A stretch of 64,000 bases of DNA. It comes from a virus. Each line of letters opens with the position of its first letter. Position 1 is the first letter of the stretch. Under the pieces are notes generated by a model, which was not told the origin of the DNA, searched no databases, and saw only the letters and a list, made by a program, of their open reading frames with translations. Position numbers and translations under genes: made by a program. Below, piece by piece: positions 50,272 through 58,686 of this stretch. The stretch lies in IMG/VR virus record IMGVR_UViG_3300024255_000017, positions 17,433-81,432 of that record; one strand, written 5' to 3'.

Positions 50272-51543
50272 ATGAAACATATAAAATTGTTTGAACAGTG
50301 GCTGACTGACAAAAGTCAGCCATTGTTGTTAGAAGGTGGTGCCGCTGGTCACATGGCTCATCCATTTGATGATAAGGATTTAACCTTTGGTGATTTTAAG
50401 GCAATGATAGATGCTGGTCTTAGAGGTGAATTAAACTTTGAAGAAGAGGCTACTGAAAAGACTGATGGACAAAATGCATTTGCTACCATTCAAGATGGTG
50501 AAGTTAAATTTGCAAGAAACAAAACAGAGTTAAAGAATCCAATGACTCTTTCTGAATTTAAGAATAAATTTGAAGGTCATCCTAGTAAATTAGTACAAGA
50601 TACTTTTCAATTTGCTGCACAGGATTTGGCTAGGTTGCTAATGGGTCTTTCACCAGCTGACCAAGAAAAGTATTTTAAGAATGGAAAAGACTTTATGAAC
50701 ATGGAGTTAATCTACTCGCAAAACCCTAATGTTATTCTTTATGATACAGATGTTATTCAATTTCATGGTATAAAAGAAACAGATGGAAATGGTAATATTA
50801 CAGGTACTAATAATAAACCTGCAAAGGAAATTGCAAATATACTTAAAAAGGTACAATCAGATATTGGTAAAACTTTTAAAATAATTCCACCTAGAGTTAT
50901 TAAATTGCAAAAGGATTTGGATTTTACCACAAACAAGAAAAAATTTATAAATCAAGTTAATGCTTTAGAAAAAAGATACGGTTTAACTGATAGCGATGAG
51001 GTTGGTAAATATCATGAAATGTGGTGGAGAGAATTAATTGATAAACAATTCCCTACATTATCCCAAGATGTAAAAGAAGGCTTACTTAAGAGGTGGGCAT
51101 ACGGTGATAAGAAGAGTTTAAATATGAGATCTCTTGCTAAACAAATTGGACCTAAAGAAGCTGCGATGGTTAAAAAGTTTGATAAAGAAGATGTTGCCAA
51201 AAAGTATAAAGAAAACATTAGACCGTTTGAAGATCTGTTCTTAGAATTAGGATCTGTGATTCTTAAAAATGCATCTGACTTTTTAGCGGCTAATCCATCT
51301 GAGGAGGCACAAAGACTAAGAGCTCAAATTCAAACCGCAGGAAGTAACATTAAAAAGACTGGTGGCGCTGACCAAGTAAGAAAGGTAGAAGCCGAACTAG
51401 CAAGGCTTGATAGAATTGGTGGAATAGAATCAATATTTCCAACTGAAGGTTTAGTATTTAAATATAAAGGAAAAATTTATAAACTTACTGGTACATTTGC
51501 CGCAATTAATCAACTATTAGGTATCATTAAGTACGGTAGGTAA
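50272..51543 (+). CDS. RNA-ligase-like nucleotidyltransferase-fold protein with capsid-targeting-like leader
   Basis: TEKTDGQN (I), FARNK, NMELIY (III), QFHGI (IIIa), TEGLVFKY (IV), YKLTG (V); leader MKHIKLFEQWL...LLLE|GGAAGHMAHP. Confidence 0.65.
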   Translation: MKHIKLFEQWLTDKSQPLLLEGGAAGHMAHPFDDKDLTFGDFKAMIDAGLRGELNFEEEATEKTDGQNAFATIQDGEVKFARNKTELKNPMTLSEFKNKFEGHPSKLVQDTFQFAAQDLARLLMGLSPADQEKYFKNGKDFMNMELIYSQNPNVILYDTDVIQFHGIKETDGNGNITGTNNKPAKEIANILKKVQSDIGKTFKIIPPRVIKLQKDLDFTTNKKKFINQVNALEKRYGLTDSDEVGKYHEMWWRELIDKQFPTLSQDVKEGLLKRWAYGDKKSLNMRSLAKQIGPKEAAMVKKFDKEDVAKKYKENIRPFEDLFLELGSVILKNASDFLAANPSEEAQRLRAQIQTAGSNIKKTGGADQVRKVEAELARLDRIGGIESIFPTEGLVFKYKGKIYKLTGTFAAINQLLGIIKYGR

Positions 51544-51630
51544 AATAGTAGATACACCTATACAGCTCACCTGTATTAAGAGATAACATTTACGGTATTT
51601 GTATATACTCTGATTAGTACAGAGTATGAT

Positions 51631-51659
51631 AAAGGATAGGTATATACTATCCTTTTTTT
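51631..51659 (+). terminator. Intrinsic terminator
   Basis: aaaggatag-gtatata-ctatccttt followed by a T run. Confidence 0.75.
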
Positions 51660-51710
51660 ATATAGCTATTTAATCAAAGAATATATAAATTGACAATATA
51701 AAATAAGCAA

Positions 51711-54700
51711 ATGAAAGAGTTAACTCAAATTTATAAAGATGCAGGCCAACAATTAATAGAAGATCTTTTTAAGGACTATCTTGTAGTATCCGAAAAGCTA
51801 TCCGGTTCTTCATTTTCATTTAAAAAGAATGGTGAAGGAATTACTTTTTATAAAGGTGGAAACCAAAAGCCTATTAACTTAATTGATAGGACTATAATGG
51901 TTTATTATGAAAAGCCTATTAATTTTATAAAATCTGTAACTAGTAAAAACCTTTCTTCTATTCCTGAGAATTGGAAGTTCTGTTTTCAATATTTTGTAAA
52001 TACTAATCCTGGTATTATTACTTATGATAGGCTACCTAAAAATAATTTAGTACTTACTCATATTAAAGTAATGACACCAGCCGGTAAAGTTACAAAGGTT
52101 ATAGAAGATCCTAGGGTAATTAGAGACTGGGCAAACGCATTAGGTGTTACTCCACTACTTCCACTATTTAAAGGTTACTTAACAGAAGATCAAAAGAAAA
52201 AGATTAAAGAATTTTTAGAAACACCAAAAGAAGATCATGCTGAGATTTTTAGCACTAATTCATTTGCTGAATATTTACTTAGAATTTTAAATCCTAATAT
52301 TCAATCAACGACTTTACAAAATGATCTTAAGAAGCCTATAGAATCTATTGTATTTAAATTTTATAAATCTGGCACCAAACAAGTTATTGCTGCTAAGTTG
52401 ATAGATCCTTATACAATTAACTTAATGAAAGAAAAGGAACCTATAGATATGAGAAAGGCTCCTGCTGATATTAATGAAATTATTTTATTGGATCTTTTAG
52501 CATTTATAGAAGAAAGAGGAATTAAGAAGCATGAAATTTTAGGTGATGGTGAAGATATGAGATACATAGAATTGGTCTCAAATATATTCAATGACTATGT
52601 AACCAAAAGAGGAAAGGATATTGCAATGATTGATATTGAAAAAGCTGATTTTGCTAAAGGTAAAGAATTTGATTTAAATGTAGAATTAATACCAAGCCAA
52701 AGAACTAAAGATATCCTTAATAGTAACCCTAAGCTAAAAGACTTATTTAAAATAATACTAGGTTCTTTAAAAAAGAAAAGAAAGAATACTGGTAATATTA
52801 TGACACCATCTGTTATTGAAGATTTTAATAAAATGGTAGATAAAGTAACCGATGTAATTCAAACAAAAGATGATGGTAAATTTAAAACTTTTGATGATTA
52901 CTTAAAAATTAAATCTACCAATGAATCTCTTTTGCCTAATGCCGAGGAACTATTAATTGAAGATAAAGTATTAGACTATAACAATTTTATTAATCTAGGT
53001 AAAGTTATTGTAGAAGAAAAAGGAAAGACTTTAATTAAGAACAAAAAAACTGGAGACGAATATGAAGTAAAAAATCCAGATCCTAAGAAGCATGAAATTG
53101 TAGAACCTGGTGGCAAATCTAATAAGACCGATGAACCTAGGAAAGATTCAAGTGAAAAGATGGGAAAGCTTACAACTAGAGTTGAAGATAAGGTTAAAGA
53201 AATAACAGATCCTACACAGAAGAAAAACGCTGAGGCAGTATTAGATGCAGTTAAGATATTTAATAATCCTGACGCTTCAATGGAAGATAAAGTTGAACAA
53301 GTTAAAAAACTAAATGATGCAGGCCTTATCTTCAGAAATAGTGAATCGGCAAAGGCTACAAAAATGTATCTTGATTCTTCTGCAACTGGATTAAGTAGAA
53401 AGGAATTAATACCAGACACAGGATCTCCTAGTGAAATGGCTAAGGCCATGAAAGAATTCGGTTTAGATAAACTACAAGGTGAAGGTGGTAAGATTGGTAG
53501 AAAGGAAATGACTGGTGCTAAATTATTTGGTGAAGAAAAGGTTGTTAAGGTAAAAACTAAAGTCCTAGATAATGGTATTCAAATCGGAGAAGGTAAAATT
53601 GAAAAGACAAAGATACCATCTGACGAAAAACTTTTATCCGTTTATGGATCTAAAGAAGAGGCTGATCTAGCAAAGAAATATCTAGAAAGAAGAAATAAAA
53701 TTGTTGATGAAGCAATGAAATCTTTTAAAGATGGTGATATGTCAATCATAGAACCTGTTTCTAATACTCCGCCTAACACTTCAGAAAATAGAAAGAAACT
53801 AAAGGATGCAACTAGTGATACTATCAGAGAAGGTTTTGATGAGCAGTTTAAAAAGACAGGTAGAAAACCTAATGCCAAGCAGCAAGAAGTGTTAGATGGT
53901 TTTAGTAATCTTAAGGACATTAAAGATCCTAAAGAATATGACAAGAAGCTACATGATCTTACTGAAGAATTATTTGCAGATCCTTTCTTTGATAGTGCAA
54001 CCGCCGATGTTGCAGAGTTAGTGACTTATATGAGTGAATTAAATAAAGGCAACGAAGTATATATGCCTTCTGCTTCTAATTATCCATTAGGAGATATTAT
54101 ATCAATATCACCAGAGAAAATAGATTTTGAAAAAGATTCACCTGAAGAAATACAAAGAAAGGTACAGTTAATTTATAACGGTGTTGAAGCTAGGTCAATT
54201 AAAAAGGGTGCAGGTGGTGCATCAGCATCTGGAGTAAAAACTGATATGTCAGAGTTTAAAGAAATAACAAATAAGAAAGGTGATAAGATTAGTCCTAAGG
54301 ATGTTAAGAATGACTTATCAGATCTTTCTAATAAAGATAAGGTTTATAAAGAACTCATGTTTGGCGATGCTAGTAAAGCAGAATCAACAATTAACAACAT
54401 AGCTGAAAAATATGACTTTGACTTAGAGGATCCTAAATTTAAAGCAAGGAGAGATAAGTCAGTACAGTCTGCAATTAATAATATACTTAGTAAACCTAAA
54501 TGCGAGGGTACTGATGAGAAAAAGTTAAAGCAAAAATTGGATGCATATTTTAATCAAGGCGAAATGTATGAGAGTTTATACAATGAAAATGTAAAAGAAC
54601 AGTTATTTGTTAATGAACAATACAAATATAGTAAAACTAACGGCTTAGATGTAAATAGAACTGATGGTGTAAAAACGATGGCTAAAGTAAACTTTGCATT

Positions 54701-54776
54701 TTCTGCAGGTTCATGGAGTTGTGATGGTAGACCGTCTAACCCAGTTCCTACTAGATTTGTAAATGATAAGAGTTAA
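51711..54776 (+). CDS. Multidomain protein: degenerate RNA-ligase-like domain plus C-terminal PD-(D/E)xK-like domain
   Basis: SEKLSGSSF, IESIVFKF, AAKLIDP; linker FKTFDDYL..TNE; VAELVTY...VYMPSASNYPLGDII...RSIKKGAGGAS. Confidence 0.55.
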   Translation: MKELTQIYKDAGQQLIEDLFKDYLVVSEKLSGSSFSFKKNGEGITFYKGGNQKPINLIDRTIMVYYEKPINFIKSVTSKNLSSIPENWKFCFQYFVNTNPGIITYDRLPKNNLVLTHIKVMTPAGKVTKVIEDPRVIRDWANALGVTPLLPLFKGYLTEDQKKKIKEFLETPKEDHAEIFSTNSFAEYLLRILNPNIQSTTLQNDLKKPIESIVFKFYKSGTKQVIAAKLIDPYTINLMKEKEPIDMRKAPADINEIILLDLLAFIEERGIKKHEILGDGEDMRYIELVSNIFNDYVTKRGKDIAMIDIEKADFAKGKEFDLNVELIPSQRTKDILNSNPKLKDLFKIILGSLKKKRKNTGNIMTPSVIEDFNKMVDKVTDVIQTKDDGKFKTFDDYLKIKSTNESLLPNAEELLIEDKVLDYNNFINLGKVIVEEKGKTLIKNKKTGDEYEVKNPDPKKHEIVEPGGKSNKTDEPRKDSSEKMGKLTTRVEDKVKEITDPTQKKNAEAVLDAVKIFNNPDASMEDKVEQVKKLNDAGLIFRNSESAKATKMYLDSSATGLSRKELIPDTGSPSEMAKAMKEFGLDKLQGEGGKIGRKEMTGAKLFGEEKVVKVKTKVLDNGIQIGEGKIEKTKIPSDEKLLSVYGSKEEADLAKKYLERRNKIVDEAMKSFKDGDMSIIEPVSNTPPNTSENRKKLKDATSDTIREGFDEQFKKTGRKPNAKQQEVLDGFSNLKDIKDPKEYDKKLHDLTEELFADPFFDSATADVAELVTYMSELNKGNEVYMPSASNYPLGDIISISPEKIDFEKDSPEEIQRKVQLIYNGVEARSIKKGAGGASASGVKTDMSEFKEITNKKGDKISPKDVKNDLSDLSNKDKVYKELMFGDASKAESTINNIAEKYDFDLEDPKFKARRDKSVQSAINNILSKPKCEGTDEKKLKQKLDAYFNQGEMYESLYNENVKEQLFVNEQYKYSKTNGLDVNRTDGVKTMAKVNFAFSAGSWSCDGRPSNPVPTRFVNDKS

Positions 54777-54813
54777 AATTATTAAAGGATCTGAATAAAT
54801 AAAAAAAGTGTAC

Positions 54814-56184
54814 ATGGATAATCTAAAAAACATACAAGATTTTATAACAGAAAAAAGAGTTACTGTTAAGAGGAGATATACTGAAAATCACCCAGCTAAA
54901 AATGTATCTACTTCGGCTAGAGTACGTTCTGCTATTTTAGATGCTGTTGCTGATGGTCATTTAACTGAAGACGAGGTTAGCAATATCTTATCTGAAATAA
55001 AGGCTCATAAAAGATGGCTTAAAAGAAATGCAGGATTGTTTAATATTAGTGAAGACGAAACTGGAGTTAAGAGATATTCTTTATCACCGTATGGTCATAG
55101 AGTAAGAACTGCAACCGCACCAATTAATGAAGCTTTAAAAGTACCTCATAAAGAAAAGGGTAAAAAACCAGTAAATATGTTTGTTGGTAGATTCCAACCT
55201 TTTACATTAGGGCATGTTAAAGTATTTGAAAAAATGTATAAAGAAAATGGTTTACCTGTAGTTGTTTATATGGTAAGAGGTAGTAGGCCTGATCCAGAGA
55301 AAAGACCATTTGATGAAGATATGCAACAAGCTATGTTTGCTAAAATGAAAAAGCAATATCCATTTTTGGAAGCAAGTATTGTAGTTCCTAACGGAGCAAT
55401 TGATACAATGTTTGCAGCAGCAAGACCAACGTATGAACCTATGATGTGGGGTTATGGTACTGATAGAAAGAAAGATTATGGTGCAATGATTGACAAACAA
55501 TCATACCGAGATCAATTAGGAGTTGATCCAAGTTTTAAGGGTTATGAAATACCAAGAACAGGAGAAAATATTTCAGCATCTAAGGTTAGGAATGCTTTAA
55601 AGATAGATGATGAAAATACTTTTAAGAAAATGACTCCTAAAAGCATACATAGTTTTTATAAACCATTACAAAATATATTAGAACCAATAAAAGAAAATAA
55701 CAATATGAAAAATTTAAAATCACTAACAAGTTTTAGCATTGACGAATCTTTGAATGAAGGTAAAAAAGCTAAAGCAAAAAACCCTAATAAAGTAAACACT
55801 ATAGATGTTGATTTATCTGGAGACGATTCAGATATAATGGATGCAATTAAATCATTTAATCTAAAGGTTAAATCTAACGGAGCCAATAAAGGAACTGGGT
55901 ATGATATGACAGGTAAAAATAAAGATATTCTTGATTATTTACAAAGTGACTATTATGCATTAGATGCTAGCGATATTGAGGATATGTTTCCAGAATTATT
56001 AGAAGGTGAAATCAATGAAGAGTATATTGAATTAATGCCAGAGATTGCAAATGCATTAGGTACAATCCAAATGGACTGGGACAGATGGAAAAATGGACCA
56101 GCAACAGAACCTTCTGATATTAAACCAGCAGCAAAAGAACTTAAAGGTTGGATTACTCGTTGGATGAAACAAAATATTAAATAG
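54814..56184 (+). CDS. Cytidylyltransferase-like (HxGH family) nucleotidyltransferase within a multidomain protein
   Basis: FVGRFQPFTLGH, GTDRKKDY, ISASKVRNAL; flanked by small domains. ATG 54814 preferred over GTG 54808. Confidence 0.8.
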   Translation: MDNLKNIQDFITEKRVTVKRRYTENHPAKNVSTSARVRSAILDAVADGHLTEDEVSNILSEIKAHKRWLKRNAGLFNISEDETGVKRYSLSPYGHRVRTATAPINEALKVPHKEKGKKPVNMFVGRFQPFTLGHVKVFEKMYKENGLPVVVYMVRGSRPDPEKRPFDEDMQQAMFAKMKKQYPFLEASIVVPNGAIDTMFAAARPTYEPMMWGYGTDRKKDYGAMIDKQSYRDQLGVDPSFKGYEIPRTGENISASKVRNALKIDDENTFKKMTPKSIHSFYKPLQNILEPIKENNNMKNLKSLTSFSIDESLNEGKKAKAKNPNKVNTIDVDLSGDDSDIMDAIKSFNLKVKSNGANKGTGYDMTGKNKDILDYLQSDYYALDASDIEDMFPELLEGEINEEYIELMPEIANALGTIQMDWDRWKNGPATEPSDIKPAAKELKGWITRWMKQNIK

Positions 56185-56411
56185 TGAATAATTTAATTAA
56201 TGAAAATGAAGCAGGTACTGTTGGCCTAAATCCTAATATGAATGTACAGGGCATGGGAGCAGTTGAGCTTCCAGGCGATCCTGGTTCAGCAAATTCTTTT
56301 GCTACTCAAAAGGTTGGTAGTGGTGATGATCCTGAAGGAAAAAAGAAAAAGAAAAAGAAGATGTTACTTTTATCATTTGATAAGTACATGGAGCTTTTAA
56401 AATCAAAATAA
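56184..56411 (+). CDS. Small hypothetical protein
   Basis: 75 aa, GTG start overlapping the upstream stop; LINE motif, poly-Lys, LSFDKYM. Confidence 0.55.
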   Translation: MNNLINENEAGTVGLNPNMNVQGMGAVELPGDPGSANSFATQKVGSGDDPEGKKKKKKKMLLLSFDKYMELLKSK

Positions 56412-56421
56412 ATAAAGTATA

Positions 56422-58644
56422 ATGGCAGTAATCCCAAAATATACACTTAAGTCCTTGTTTGAGGCAGGTGACTTAATGACACAGGATAGCTTTGATGATT
56501 TTATTGATTCGGCATATAACCCAACACTTGTAGCTGGTGCAGATATACAATTAACAACAGTGTCTACCCCTAGCGGAGATACAATAACTATATCTTCAAC
56601 TGGTAGCGGTGGCGCACCGATTATAGAAGGTCCAGGTATAGATATTACAACAGTTGGTTCTGACAAGAAAATCTCAATTGATTTAAATACAGGTCAAACT
56701 AATCTAATATTTGATGGTAATGATAAGCTAACTTTTGCAGGTGTACATATAAAAGATGAAGGGGCTGCCGTAGGTACTTATCCAACAATTAATTTTGTAG
56801 GTGTTGATGTATTAGCTGAAGATAGTGGAACACCAGGACAAGTAAATGTTTATATACCAACACCAACATTTGCATCACATTATAATACAACAGACGGTAC
56901 AACTAATGGTTTGGTAACTGAAAATACTCCAAGAAATACTGTTAGGATTAGTACTCCTACTTTAGAAGGTACACCTTTCTTTACAGGTGGTTGGGCTGGA
57001 ACAAACCAATATGCATATAATGGCACAGGGGCTGGTCAAAATGTACTTACTACTACCGGGTTAGTAACTGGTCTTAGTCCATCAGGTAGTGGTGATGCAA
57101 AAATACAGATCATTGTAACAGACGGTGGCGGAAACGAAATTAGTAATAATACCTCTCCTGTGTTAGATGGAAACCTAAATTTATTTACACCTGACCTTCA
57201 TTGTACCATCCAGGTAACTGGTTATGCACAAGACACTTCTAAGTGGAAAGGAAAAATCATGGTTAGTGTAGATATGCCGAAGGTATTTCAGGATGCAGGA
57301 TTAAGTGGTGGTCGTTATTTTATAAAAACTATTATGACAACTGATACAGTAACGGATGGAGGAAATGCATATTCTTATATACAAAACGATGTATTTTGGG
57401 ATAAGAATGATTTAGGAGGTTATCCATCCAGTCCACAAATAAATGGTAATGCATCAATTATAGAAAACACTTCATCTATAATATCAAAACACTTAAGCGG
57501 GGTTGAATATTATGTAAGCGGTTCTCAATTTGAAGTTGATGTTACCGATATAGATTATTTAAATAGTAATACTCAAGGAAGATCATCGAGCGCAGTATGG
57601 AATTTCCAAGTGTTAGGTAGTGATTATGGTTTAAGTCCTATCCAAGAAGAGGCATGGAATCCTTCAGCAGGAATGACATTCCCTGGTTGGGATAATAAAT
57701 ATGATACATTAGATATAGATTTTGATTATGATAATTGGCCTATCACTGCATCTAACTATAGATTTAGAAATGATGATGCTACTGTGGCTGCTAGGGTATG
57801 GGATCCATGGGTAAGTAGTTTACCATCAGGAACCAATTCACCAGGTGCAAAAATATTAATTGATACTTATGGAGTTACAAGTGATAATTTAACTGAAAGA
57901 TTTGATGATGAGGCCGAGAGATTAACAACAGTAGGTGGAGCTTATACATCATTTGACTCCGTTACATCATTAGTACCTTCAGGTTTAACTAATCAAACTA
58001 CAAGTGCGTTATCACCAGGTCCTTTTTGTCAAGGAGTAGTAGTAGGAGGTACATTAATTAGACCAGATAAATTCTTTAGTGATAATGGTAATTCACCTGA
58101 CACTAGTGATTTATTAGGAAACTTAGTATTATATAAACCTAATGTAGGTGGAACTAATCCTGATTACAGTGGTGTAGGTTATCAAGTACCTGCAACATTT
58201 CATAGATTATTTGAAGCTAGCTCATCAAATCTAGGAAGACCTATTTCATCATTTGAATTAACATTTAGTGGATCCTTTGTTGGTGGAACTGTTTATGATT
58301 CTTTGGTAAGTAATGATTTAAGAATATATGTTAGAAAGAAAGCAGCTGCATCTGGTTCAAATATAGGAATTACTGCAATACCTCATTCATTACATAATTC
58401 AAATCCATTTAGTGGAAGTTATCAAGATCCACCTGCATCAGTTGATGATAACACACAATCGCAATGTAGAACAACAACGTCTGCAAGCAGTGTAATATCT
58501 GGGTCATTTGGAACTTCTCCTGCTTTAGATGGATTTTATATAGAAGTACAAATACATAATCCACTAATTAGAATAGGTGGAATATCTGCAAAAATAATTT
58601 TTAGTTCAGGTTCACCAACTACCGAGAGCGGTGGTAATGTATAA
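56422..58644 (+). CDS. Virion fibre/appendage protein, paralogous to the C-terminal part of 58687
   Basis: LKSLFEAGDLMTQDSFDDFIDS N-terminus; shared motifs LSGVEYY, RVWDPW, KILID, FHRLF. Confidence 0.65.
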   Translation: MAVIPKYTLKSLFEAGDLMTQDSFDDFIDSAYNPTLVAGADIQLTTVSTPSGDTITISSTGSGGAPIIEGPGIDITTVGSDKKISIDLNTGQTNLIFDGNDKLTFAGVHIKDEGAAVGTYPTINFVGVDVLAEDSGTPGQVNVYIPTPTFASHYNTTDGTTNGLVTENTPRNTVRISTPTLEGTPFFTGGWAGTNQYAYNGTGAGQNVLTTTGLVTGLSPSGSGDAKIQIIVTDGGGNEISNNTSPVLDGNLNLFTPDLHCTIQVTGYAQDTSKWKGKIMVSVDMPKVFQDAGLSGGRYFIKTIMTTDTVTDGGNAYSYIQNDVFWDKNDLGGYPSSPQINGNASIIENTSSIISKHLSGVEYYVSGSQFEVDVTDIDYLNSNTQGRSSSAVWNFQVLGSDYGLSPIQEEAWNPSAGMTFPGWDNKYDTLDIDFDYDNWPITASNYRFRNDDATVAARVWDPWVSSLPSGTNSPGAKILIDTYGVTSDNLTERFDDEAERLTTVGGAYTSFDSVTSLVPSGLTNQTTSALSPGPFCQGVVVGGTLIRPDKFFSDNGNSPDTSDLLGNLVLYKPNVGGTNPDYSGVGYQVPATFHRLFEASSSNLGRPISSFELTFSGSFVGGTVYDSLVSNDLRIYVRKKAAASGSNIGITAIPHSLHNSNPFSGSYQDPPASVDDNTQSQCRTTTSASSVISGSFGTSPALDGFYIEVQIHNPLIRIGGISAKIIFSSGSPTTESGGNV

Positions 58645-58686
58645 AACTTATGGTGAATAAATATAAAAAGAAAACAATAAAGTAAT

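Noticed and set aside
43920-51710. tRNA genes in the larger intergenic gaps
   Set aside because: No cloverleaf or T-loop GTTC(G/A)A pattern recognised by eye; tRNAscan-SE would be needed to exclude them fully.
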